From NCBI GenBank assembly GCA_030141605.1, contig JAQGDQ010000319.1, positions 206,596-270,595 of the forward strand: 64,000 bases of DNA. Reading direction: 5' to 3'. Every line of letters starts with the position of its first letter. The stretch's first letter is position 1. Origin of the DNA: Tubiluchus corallicola (Eukaryota > Animalia > Priapulida). Both the position numbers and the translations under genes were made by a program. Shown here piece after piece: positions 49,530-64,000 of this stretch. The notes below the pieces were generated by a model. It saw nothing but the letters and a program-made list of their open reading frames with translations. It had not been told where the DNA came from and did no database searches.

Positions 49530-51506
49530 ATACGTCACTGGCGAGTCGAACGTTGGTCAGCAATTCAATTAGTAAACTTAGTTATTAGCTAGCCAGTCAA
49601 CTAGCCGACAAACCGAAGAAGAAAACAAGCAAGCAACCAATCAACCAATAAACCAAACAACAACAACAACAAAAACTAACAAACAGGACAGAATCTGCCA
49701 TTTGGGAATCTCATTTTTGGAAGAAATTTATTTGGATATCTTTTTTCAGCGATGCTTGAAAAAACCAAATCAAAGTGTATCGTCATGTGTTGTGAAACTT
49801 TAGGCTTTCTGCTAAAGGTGGCACCAACTGGCACCAATTAATGCCGAAATGTCCAAGTTCAGCTTTTTCCAATTGTTGAATGCTGTCAGTGATCGTTGGT
49901 GCAAGGCTGATAACGATTACATGATGCTCATGTGATTGGTACATTCACATATTTACGAATTTAAAACTGTCATAATAGGGCGCTACTTTCTGACCATTTC
50001 AGTCTCAGCAAAATAAGAAACATGCGGAACTTCTTTTTCATTTAAAGATATAAAGATACGTTTATTGCAGACCGTTGACATGAATCATTGACGAATCTCT
50101 AAGGGTTAGGCTTCTAGTAAACGAGAACTTATTCTACTGATGACATTGCGTGCGCGTGATAGTCCCAAAGGTGTACAGGATAATGCAACTTAATCGCCAC
50201 TTTTATTACTATCTGTAATAATATCATCAGTGATAATAAGGATTACGTATATTGAATGCATGTACAGAAGCGTTTATTGGTCCTGAGACTCTAGCATTAT
50301 TATTAATGGGCGATAATTATAAATTGTCTCTATACTTGCATGTATATAAACTGTTAATGATGAACAGTCAAGCAAAGTGAAACATTACACGCACATGACA
50401 GTCTCGTATATCAGTAATGATTAATAATAACACGCCTGAATTGGGTAGCAATTAATCAGCCTAACTTTTATATATAGCACTTATTAATGCTATAAGACTT
50501 ACAGAACATAAATAGCAACTTTTGTACCAAATGCAGCGTTCTGTTACATACTGCATTGTATTCAAAACATATATAACCACCGGAAATCTTGAACCGGACA
50601 TGCGCGTACATCCTAGAGGGACCGGTGTGGTGTTTGAGGGTGCTGGCGTGTCACCCTTATAACATTTACAGAGGGGACATCATGTATTTTGCCCCCCCCC
50701 CAATTTTTAGTTACTAAACCCTAGGTCATTACATCATTCAATCTAATTTTCTCATGTAATCTAAGGAAAATACGTAGAGATCACGAAGTCGTGGCTTCAG
50801 AGACTTTTAACACGCAAGCATTCGTTTAGTATCGCATAGTTGTAAGTTTCAGCGTTCAGTTGGTTTTCGCTCGCAGTCTATAATCCAGCTACATCAGATG
50901 CAAAAATACATCTCTTCAATTTATGGAAAATTGCAAATCCAAACAAATAAAAGCCACAATATTCATAGACTATTCGCATTGACTATCCGATTTCTATTAT
51001 CCTTATACTTTTAACAAGCTAGGATTTTGAAATGCCTCTATTATAATCAATAATAGAATAAATTATTTAAACATTTCTGGTTAAGTTATCACTATGCCGG
51101 CCAAATATGAACAATGGAATGATTAATTCTACTAAAACTGCCTTTCCTGCGGGACCTACAAACCTCACTCTGTCAGTGCCGTCGCGCTCATCCCCCTCTC
51201 CAGGCTCTCTCCGCTTTTCAAAAGTGATTTGCACGCGTGGAACCAGAAATCTTTGATTCAAATATAACATTTTAAACAACGTAGAAATCGTTCTAGAGAA
51301 TAGGGACTATACTTCAGTGTAATTTATTTTTTATTTATTTATTTATTTATATCATTGTGGCAACTTAGAGTGAAGTGATTTCAGTTTTCTTTGTTGCACT
51401 TAATTACGAATTATTAAGTACTACTAATAATAATTATTAAGTACCAAAATACATGATATTTTACATAACGGATTATATTCCATTGGCAGTCTAGTTATTA
51501 TTATTA

Positions 51507-54324
<2,818 letters not shown>

Positions 54325-54327
<3 letters not shown>

Positions 54328-55026
54328 GCAAAGGCCCCGCAAAAAATTTTGCATATAAATACACGTATAATCAAAAATACGCAAACATCTTACATAGTCC
54401 TCATTTATAAGCCAGTAGCTTTTACTGAATTAAAGCTGTAATTTATAGACAGAGTATAAAGGCTGACGTCACGAAAATAGAACATCTAATTAACTCGTCG
54501 TCACTCCTCTTGTTGGACCTGCCCTAAAATATAGCCCACAACATCGTGTAGCCCTGTTCTTCCTCTTTCTGAAGAGCCGTATATCTCCTTCCGAGAGTCC
54601 CACCGGGCGCCGCCAGAACGTTTTTCCCGCAGGCTGTTTGGTCAAAATTACGAAAAAATCGCGAGTTGGGTCCGGGAAAACGCCCGTTACGGGACACCGT
54701 GGCCCTCTCGCGAATTCTAAATAGGCCTATGACACCCATCGCTGAACGGGCTATCTATCCATACCCAGCACCACCCTCGGCCCGTTCCCGTTCTCTACAT
54801 CTCAGGCGTATAACTTTTGCAAAAAAACGGCCGAAAAATGGCCATTTTTGGAGGTTTTTCGCCCCCCGTTCCTCGCGGTGGGCCCCATTCGAAAAATAAG
54901 CCCCCAATGAGACGACACTAGATCGAGACCTTTCGTTTGATATATAGATCGCCGCAAATGGTGCCCTCGTCGAAGCTGTAGCCTCGAATCTTATATATAT
55001 ACCAAGAATATTAATATAATAGTAGA
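54325..55026 (-). mobile_element. Non-autonomous Helitron, antisense mosaic copy
   Basis: CTAG at 54325-54328 and TC at 55025-55026 on the minus strand. Confidence 0.85.
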
Positions 55027-56283
55027 TATATATATATATATAAGATTCGAGGCTACAGCTCCGACGAGGGCACCATTTGGGGCGATCTATATATCAAACG
55101 AAAGGTCTCGATCTAGTGTCGTGTCATTGATGGTTTATTTTTCGAATTGGGCCCACCGGGAGGAGGGGGAGGCGAAAAAAACCCCAAAAATGGCCCTTTT
55201 TCGGCCGTTTTTTGTAAAAGTTATACGGCTGAGATGTAGAGAACGGGAACGGGCCGAGGCGTGTGCTGGGTATGGATAGATAGCCCGTTCAGCGGTGGGT
55301 GTAGTAGGCATATTTAGAATTCCCGAGAGGGCCAGGGCGCCCCGCAACGGGCGTTTTCCCGGACCCAACGCGCGATTTTTTCGAAATTTTGACCAAACAG
55401 CATGCGGGAAAAACGTTCTAGCGACGCCTGGTGGGACTCTCGGAAGGAGATATATAGTTCTTTACAAAGAGGAAAGACAGGGCTACACGATGTGGGATAT
55501 ATTTTAGGGCAGGTCCACCGAGAGGAGTATCAACGAGTTAGTTAGGAGTTCTATTTTCGGCAATTTTCACTTAGAAAACTGCTGACGCAAAGGCATTGTT
55601 GTGACGTCATCCATTGTACTCTGTCTATAATCTTATAACTTTAATTCAGTAAAAGCTGCTACGGGTTTGCGTTAGTTAAACAAACAGTAGGCATGATGTT
55701 ACGGGCTTTGTGTTATAAATGTGGACTAGGTAGGATGTTCGCGTATTATTGATTACACGTGTATTTATACGCAAAATCTTTTGCGGGGCCTTTGCTATTT
55801 ATTATATTATAGCACATAGTTTCAACTTTGTGAAAAATGTTTGGAATGGTTTTGTTGTAATGCTGTGCTGTTGGTGCTTGTGCTATAGGTGTTGTCATCG
55901 TTGCCACCATCATCATCATCATCATCATCAACATCATGATCACCACGTGAGGTGGTGGATTTAATGTGGTGTGGTGGTGGTGTGCTTTGTGTGTTGTGCT
56001 ATGGATGGTGTGGTGGGGTGATAGGGTGTGTGGGGTGTGGTGTGGGTAGTGTGGTATGGTGTGTGGGTGGCGCGGTGTGGTGTGGTGGAGTGGTATGGTG
56101 TGGGTGGTGTGGTGTGTAGGTGGGTGGGTGGTGTGGTGCAGTGTGGTGTTATGGTGTGGTGCTGTGCGGTGTGATGTGGTGGAGTGGTATGGTGTGGTGC
56201 AGTGTGGTGTGATGAGGTGGAGTGGTGTGGTGTGGGTTTTGTGTTGATTTGTGCACAAAATTCTTTTTGTGGGGTTTGGCTAG
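55027..56283 (+). mobile_element. Composite Helitron lacking its first ~50 bp (duplicate of 47520-49397 with a shorter GT tract)
   Basis: Near identity to 47520 onward; CTAT at 55795-55798; CTAG|t at 56280-56283. Confidence 0.82.
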
Positions 56284-56304
56284 TTATTATTATTATTATT
56301 ATTA

Positions 56305-56383
<79 letters not shown>

Positions 56384-56384
<1 letters not shown>

Positions 56385-57248
56385 CTATACTCTTATATTA
56401 ATATTCTTGGTATATTTATATATATATATATAAGATTCGAGGCTACAGCCCGGACGAGGGCACCATTTGCGGCGATCTATATATCAAACGAAAGGTCTCG
56501 ATCTAGTGTCGTGCCATTGATACTTTATTTTTCGAATCGGGCCCACTGGGAGGAGGGGGGGGGGGCGAAATCCCTCCAAAATGGCCCTTTTTCGACCGTT
56601 TTTTGCAAAAAATTGCAAAAGTTATACGGCTGAGATGTAGAGAACGGGAACGGACCAAGGGTGGTCCTGGGTATGGATAGATAGCCCGTTCAGCGGTGGG
56701 TGTAGTAGGCATATTTAGAATTCCCGAGAGGGCCAGGGCGCCCCGCAACGGGCGTTTTCCCGGACCCAACTCGCGATTTTTTCGAAATTTTGACCAAACA
56801 GCATGCGGGAAAAACGTTCTAGCGTCGCCCGGTGGGACTCTAGGAAGGAGATATGGGGCTCTTTACAAAGAGGAAGGACAGGGCTACACGATGATGTGGG
56901 CTATATGTTAGGGCAGGTCCACCGAGAGGAGTATCGACGAGTTAATTCGTGTTCTATTTTCCGCAAATTTCGACAATTTTCGCCTTAGAAAACTGCAGAC
57001 CGCATTCCATTGTGCTGACGTCATCCATTGTACTCTATAACTTTAATTCAGCAAAAAGCTGCTCTGCGTTAGATAAACAGACATACAGTAGGGATGATGT
57101 TAGGGGCTACAGGCTTTGCATTAGGTAAGTAGGCAGGATGTTACGGGCTTTACGGGCTTTGTGTTATAAATGAGGACTAGGTAGGATGTTCGCGTATTAT
57201 TGATTACACGTGGTTTTTTACGCAAAATCTTTTGCGGGGCCTTTGCTA

Positions 57249-57249
<1 letters not shown>
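56384..57249 (+). mobile_element. Non-autonomous Helitron, complete core
   Basis: a|TC...hairpin...CTAG|t; near-identical to 53434-54297. Confidence 0.9.
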
Positions 57250-57276
<27 letters not shown>

Positions 57277-57279
<3 letters not shown>

Positions 57280-57989
57280 GCAAAGGCCCCGCAAAAAATT
57301 TTGCATATAAATACACGTATAATCAAAAATACGCGAACATCTTACATAGTCCTCATTTATAAGCCAGTAGCTTTTACTGAATTAAAGCTGTAATTTATAG
57401 ACAGAGTATAAAGGCTGACGTCACGAAAATAGAACATCTAATTAACTCGTCGTCACTCCTCTTGTTGGACCTGCCCTAAAATATAGCCCACAACATCGTG
57501 TAGCCCTGTTCTTCCTCTTTCTGAAGAGCCGTATATCTCCTTCCGAGAGTCCCACCAGGGGACGAGAACTTCCCACCAGAACGTTTTTTCTGCAGGCTGT
57601 TTGGTCAAAATTTCGAAAAATCGCGAGTTGGGTCCGGGAAAACGCCCGTTCCGGGACGCCGTGGCCCTCTCGCGAATTCTAAATATGCCTACTACACCCA
57701 TCTATCCATAACCAGCACCACCCTCGGCCCGTTCCCATTCTTCAGATCTCAGGCGTATAACTTTTGCAAAAAACGGCCGAAAAATGGTCATTTTTGGAGG
57801 TTTTTCGCCTCCCCCCATTCGTCCCGGTGGGCCCGATTCGAAAAATAAACCCCCAATGGCACGACACTAGATCGAGGCCTTTCGTTTGATGTGTAGATCG
57901 TTGCAAATGGTGCCGTCGTCGAAGTTGTAGCCTCGAATCTTATATAAATATAAATATTAAGCCCATACCAGTAGAATTAATATATGCGA
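57277..57989 (-). mobile_element. Non-autonomous Helitron, antisense copy
   Basis: CTAG at 57277-57280 and TC at 57988-57989 on the minus strand. Confidence 0.85.
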
Positions 57990-58494
57990 TCAAAATTATG
58001 ACTTAAGCACATTATAGTGCAGAACATTTTCGCGCAAAATAATCATGAAAAATTTTTCTCTTAAAACAGTAACTTTGCAAATAGAAACTTACTCATGGGA
58101 ATACATAATATTTCTCCGTGAAGAAAAAGTCGACCTGAAATGAGCAAATAAAAGATGAACTAAAATTTATTTTTTATGTTGAGCCACAAACCCCACCCCG
58201 CGCCCCCAAGCTCTGAATCCAGCCCTGCTTTACTCTTATAGTAATTTTCGCAGCTTTCGGCTACAGAATGCTGTTTTTAAAAGTGTTGCTTTCTAACGAT
58301 GATATCTCCCAGAATTCATGTTGTCATGGTTTCACAAGCTAAGCTTAAGTTCTAGAACGGCTTTTCTTGTTTTACTGAATGGAACTTTTTAAAACTTAAA
58401 AACCCGTTAACACAAATGCTACCCACTTTTTATCAACAATGATTTCCTAAAAGCTAATTTATGATTCTTTTGGTGAATAAATAATTTCTCCGTG

Positions 58495-60267
58495 ATGGTG
58501 TTATTAAAAACGCATCTCCTTCGAGCTCTCCTAGCATTTATGTTAATGACAGCATGGAAAGAATTTTCTGAGACTTCTGTGACAGCCCAGCGTAAATGTG
58601 GATTCTCAACAAGTCTACCTGAATGTGAGGTTAAAGATGCTACTAGATGTAGCATTAAATGTGGTGAGAGACAGAAGATTAACGAAACACGTCTTCAAAC
58701 TATAGCGAATGCTCTTCCTGACGTAATGGAAACGCTGGCCATTCACCAGTATTCGAAAAAAAACTTACCCGAAAAGATCTTAGGTGGAAAGAGCATCAAA
58801 TTTTTCGAACTTGTCGAATGTAAAGTGGAAAGTCTACGTGAAAATGATGTCGTCGCCAAAATTGACCATTTCCGGATGATAGAGTTGTACTGGTTGCACG
58901 ATATTGAAAGCCGTTGTTTTTCTGGAGTAAAGGAGCTACAGAAAATTTCTGCGTTTGGTTGTAAGAAACTGGTTTACCTAGAACTTGATATGACGGCAAA
59001 TCCGAATTTTATGTACATTAGTGTCCAAGGCTGCGGTTTGAAGAAAATGAAAATGCCGAAATTGCATGAAAATGTTGGCCCAGAAAAGGTAGACCTTATT
59101 CTCACAGGTAGGTGAAGGTGACTTCTTTGGCTGTAAATATCTTATAATTTTAACGAAATATTTATTTTACGTTGTATAAGCACATTTTGGTGAATATTAA
59201 GGCTACCATAATTGTTGGATAGAGAGTAAGACAAAGATAATAAAGAATATAATACAAATGTAAAAAATATATAATAAAACTGAAGTCAATGTCAAATTAG
59301 TAATGAATAGGATACCGTGGTATAAGGATGATACTCAAACGAAGAACGTATTTCAAATGACCTTTCAACTTCAGGCTTTTCATTTTAAGATAGCTGTTGC
59401 CGATATTCCAAAAACTTCGTAAAAACTTTTAGCATTTGCTGCCAGGATACTTATTGTCGCAATAGTGGCAATTGGGACTGGCAATGCAGCAGCAGATGCG
59501 TCTTGTTGTGATATTACGTGAAAGTATTTCATGATCGATTACGTGAAAGTATTACATGATCTATTGCATGAAAGTATTTCTGAAACAAAGGTGATCTATC
59601 ACACTCTTACAATTTAATATGAAAGCCTACGATGTCGTGATCTTAGAGTACGATCTGGAAGAATATCATTAGAGTGGTGACCTAAAATGTTTGGAATTAT
59701 TTTTTCTATTGACCTGAATGGTGTGGATATTCATCAAACCTCAAACTGCAAAGCATGCTGGATGTATCCTGAAAGATCAAGTCGACGATGATCAAGGACC
59801 AGGACTTGATCAGTATTCAAGTTTTGTGAGGCGTCTGCAAGGACAATTTTAAGTTCAGTGAGTCAGTGCTCAAATCATATGTCACACGAGTGAAGCTTCC
59901 ACACGTATTTTAGATTCGCAATTCTTTCGGCAATACTTTGATGTAAAAATTTTGCTCATTGTTTTTGTAACTTAGCAAAAGTTTGTACCACTCTGCATGG
60001 TCACGTGAAATAGACACTAATATGAACTAATTCAATGTTAATTTTACAGAAAATCCGTTGATTTGTGACTGTGACATGGCCTGGACAAAGACGGAGAAAT
60101 GGGCGAGCTCTAAAATTGATTGTCTTGAGCCACCACGAAAGCACGGCAAAAATGAAATCACCATTCCTGAGTTCGGCTGTAAACTAGCTGCAGCACCACG
60201 TGCTGGTCCCGCCTCAGCTTTTACATGCTCGGTAATCGTGACTGTAATGTTTCTAATAGTAATATAA
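58495..60267 (+). CDS. Secreted leucine-rich-repeat protein with LRRCT cap and probable GPI anchor, ~276 aa
   Basis: join(58495..59107, 60050..60267), phase-1 intron acag|gtaggt...ttacag|aa, 831 nt in frame. N-terminal signal, Cys-rich cap, degenerate LRRs (LHDIESRCFSGVKELQKI), ENPLICDCDMAW...C...C (LRRCT), small-residue spacer and hydrophobic tail; AATAAA at ~60502. Confidence 0.8.
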
Positions 60268-60714
60268 CTTGAATACATATAAAGTTTCTTTTCTTTTTTT
60301 AATGCAGATAAACTTTGGTTCTAATACTAATATGACTTCGCAATTAATGTAGGCCTGCATCTTTTGTCGTTCATTTTCACTCGCGATACCAAAAACTTAC
60401 AGATTACACGATAATTGTACATGTGCTGCCATCTCTATTTAAATTTGTTCATAATCATCTCTTGTTTCTTGTTTCTTTGCTGAATTGGCTTGATGGACTT
60501 AAATAAAGTCGTTTTAAATGTAACAGCATAGAATTCCTGTTGCATTTGTTGTTTGTCCATTGTAATCACCAGAATGAACCAACCAACTTCAGTTGAAATT
60601 CCATGGCAACTTTGACTTCAGAAGGTGTTTTATATGTCTAGATGTGACCTATTTTTTAGAAGGAAGTGGAACTGGCGTTATTATGGGGAAAAGCAGAGGA
60701 CGATGCTTACACAC

Positions 60715-61640
60715 TAATTGTAAACAAGTAAAGTCGTTGTGTTTTAAACAATTGTATACAAATACAAGTCGTTGTGTTTTAAACAATTGTAAACAAGTAC
60801 AAGTCGTTGTGTTTTAAACAATTGTAAACAAATACAAGTCGTTGTGTTTTAAACAATTGTAAACAAATACAAGTCGTTGTGTTTTAAACAATTGTAAACA
60901 AGTACAAGTCGTTGTGTTTTAAACAATTGTAAACAAGTACAAGTCATTGTGTTTTAAACAATTGTAAACAAATACAAGTCGTTGTGTTTTAAACAATTGT
61001 AAACAAGTACAAGTCGTTGTGTTTTAAACAAGTGTAAACAAGTACAAGTCATTGTGTTTTAAACAATTGTAAACAAATACAAGTCGTTGTGTTTTAAACA
61101 ATTGTAAACAAGTACAAGTCGTTGTGTTTTAAACAATTGTAAACAAGTACAAGTCGTTGTGTTTTAAACAATTGTAAACAAGTACAAGTCGTTGTGTTTT
61201 AAACAATTGTAAACAAGTACAAGTCGTTGTGTTTTAAACAATTGTAAACAAGTACAAGTCGTTGTGTTTTAAACAATTGTAAACAAATACAAGTCGTTGT
61301 GTTTTAAACAATTGTAAACAAGTACAAGTCGTTGTGTTTTAAACAATTGTAAACAAGTACAAGTCATTGTGTTTTAAACAATTGTAAACAAATACAAGTC
61401 GTTGTGTTTTAAACAATTGTAAACAAGTACAAGTCGTTGTGTTTTAAACAAGTGTAAACAAGTACAAGTCATTGTGTTTTAAACAATTGTAAACAAATAC
61501 AAGTCGTTGTGTTTTAAACAATTGTAAACAAGTACAAGTCGTTGTGTTTTAAACAATTGTAAACAAGTACAAGTCGTTGTGTTTTAAACAATTGTAAACA
61601 AGTACAAGTCGTTGTGTTTTAAACAATTGTAAACAAGTAA
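60715..61640. repeat. 35-bp tandem satellite, about 26 copies
   Basis: Unit aaacaagtacaagtcgttgtgttttaaacaattgt; no spacers. Confidence 0.97.
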
Positions 61641-61907
61641 GCAAAAATCACTTTTGCGTTTTTAATAAAACAAGAATATCTCATTTAAAAGCAATTATTA
61701 GTTTTAAAAAACTGAAAACATTTCATGAAAAGGAAAAAAATTGTAGCAATAAATATGTATTATGTACTTGCAAATACTTCTCCAGTTTTCTGGTAAATAA
61801 AATTTCATTGTTCCTCCTGAGGAAAGAGACTAGCTGACTGCGTTATGGGCTTCCTATGTTGTAAAAAAGTAATGCATTTTTTATTGATTTTTCTCTTCCT
61901 CACTCTC

Positions 61908-62043
61908 AGAGAGAGAGAGAGAGAGAGTGAGAGAGAGAGCGAGAGAGAGAGCGTGCGAGCGAGAGAGAGAGCGTGCGAGCGAGAGAGAGAGCGTGCGAGC
62001 GAGAGAGAGAGCGTGCTAGCGAGAGCGAGAGCGAGAGGGCGAG

Positions 62044-62099
<56 letters not shown>
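61908..62099. repeat. (GA)n/(GC) compound microsatellite
   Basis: Direct reading. Confidence 0.95.
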
Positions 62100-62101
<2 letters not shown>

Positions 62102-62157
62102 TTCTTTTCTTTCAGACTAGCCATCTGAAAGAAACAAAACACAACAATGATGTATGC

Positions 62158-64000
62158 ATTATTACATACAAAAATTCTATGAATCCGAGCCTATATATTT
62201 AACTATACAAAATGATTGCCCTTAGCATCTAGGCCTGTATAAAATCAATTAATTTAAGCCTATCAATAAATAATATTTATCAAGAATTGTCATTGGATTT
62301 AGCCACAGGTGTTTTATTAGTACGCTTATACAAGTACATTTTTTACACGTAAACAAACTGTATTTAATGAACACTTGTAAGCCTAACCGAATTAAAAAAG
62401 CTTAAAAAATTAAGCTAAATATAAATGATGTCTACACATTATATATAAAGTGTTGTGACACGCCTGCCGATTCTAATTTAAGCGCCAGGTTGGCTTCTCA
62501 CCTGAATTCTGTAACTTGATTTTGACCTAGTTAGTTGGTTGTTATAGAGGTGGAAGTAATGTCGGCTGCTTAGGATGACAGGTCTGATGTTTCGTTCAGT
62601 TATTTTTTGTTCACTGATAATAAAAAAGAAGACTAATGTCGTAAATGCATCTCTGTGTGTTCAACGTCATTTTATAACCAACTCCAACTCATAACAATGG
62701 CCAATGTATGATTATATGCTTTTTAAACATCTTTTAACTTGGAATTAACAAAACATACAGATGCTTAGATTAAGTTATGTTCTGGAAAAATTATTTGCTC
62801 TTCTAAAAAAATCGATTTTTTCTATGAAAGGTATTACACATGAAAGTCAGGCATCATATGACTTCAAGTTATATTTCCTGACAAGAACATATTAAATAGG
62901 AATGTTTCTTAGAAAACATATTTCTCAAGAACAGAATACTACATGAGCCAGGTATTTGCAAACTTTCTTTATGATCAACTTTCTTAACTTCTTTTGTAAA
63001 TGAGCTTTTTGATTTTCTTGAGGATGAATATAGGTATTTATAACAAAATGCTGATTATAACACTGTTTTGTAACTTTTGTTACAAGTTAAATATTTTGTA
63101 CACTAAGCAAATACTGCAAGGCCTACATCTGTCTTTGGCGATTTATAACAGCTGTTATATTTTTGAATATTATTTAAAGCAAGCATAAGGCATTAAGAAT
63201 AATTAGTAGTTAAAATAAAAACTATTATAGTCATATCTCATTAAAATTAATAGTCTTATTTACAAAAGAAGTTAAGAAAGTTGATCATAAAGAAAGTTTG
63301 CAAATACAAGTTTACAAATTTCTAAAAAACATTCCTATTTAATATGTTCTGATCAGGAAATATAACTGAAGAAATATTACGCGTGACTTTCATGTGTAAT
63401 ACCTTTCATAGAAAAAAATCGATTTTTAGAAAAAAGTAGTAGCAACATCTGTATCAGCACGATGTGAAATTTAAGATGTTTAAAAAGCATATAATCATAC
63501 ATTGGCCTTTGTTATGAGTTGGGTTATAAACATGACGTTAATTAGTCTTCTTTTTTACATGTCAGTGGTATAACTGAACAAACATCGAACTACAATAAAT
63601 CTAAACGGCGACATTACTTCCACCTCTATAACAATCAACTAACTAGGTCAAAATCAAATTACAGAATTCAGGTGAAAGCCAACCTGGCACATAAATTAGA
63701 ATTTGCACACGGGTCATAACACTTTATATATGTGTAGATCTTTCTATTGTAATTTTAAGCTTTTTAATTCGAGTTGAAACACGAATACCATTAAATACAG
63801 TTTGTTTACGTGTAAAAAATATACTTGTATAAGCGTACTAATAAAACACCTGTGGCTAAATCCACTGACAAGTTTTGATAAATATTATTTATTGATGCTC
63901 TTAATTTAATTGATTTTATACAGGCCTTGCTTCTAAGGGCAATCATTTTGTATAGTTAAATATATAGGCTCAGCTTCATAGAATCTTTGTGTGTAATAAT
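62158..64000. mobile_element. Large inverted repeat (Foldback-like), right arm cut by the window end
   Basis: About 62158-63040 is the diverged reverse complement of about 63215-64000, e.g. gagcctatatatttaactatacaaaatgattgcccttag vs ctaagggcaatcattttgtatagttaaatatataggctc. Short spacer; no convincing ORF. Confidence 0.75.

Overview
AT-rich, intron-containing animal DNA. The 5S-like sequence looks invertebrate, possibly lophotrochozoan, but the taxon cannot be fixed from this window. I assembled five spliced gene models by hand from GT-AG sites and codon phase: (1) the 5' part of an HPGD-like short-chain dehydrogenase (-), running off the left edge; (2) a 6-exon secreted, probably GPI-anchored serine beta-lactamase-like protein (-); (3) a small secreted single-EGF protein (+); (4) an unusual soluble guanylate cyclase (-) with an intact beta-type heme H-NOX domain, an alpha-type cyclase domain and a C-terminal CaaX box; (5) a 2-exon secreted LRR/LRRCT protein (+). 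There is also one isolated Ig-like exon (+). The rest is repeat-rich: two copies of a 5S-derived SINE, hAT-, Kolobok- and Harbinger-type non-autonomous DNA elements (several with readable TSDs), an RTE-like LINE relic, an ~11 kb nest of non-autonomous Helitrons (46.7-58.0 kb), a large inverted repeat at the right edge, and many satellites and microsatellites. One minisatellite multiplies a guanylate cyclase splice donor about 13 times. No CRISPR arrays or prokaryotic systems are supported. Most ORFs in the supplied track are repeat artefacts.
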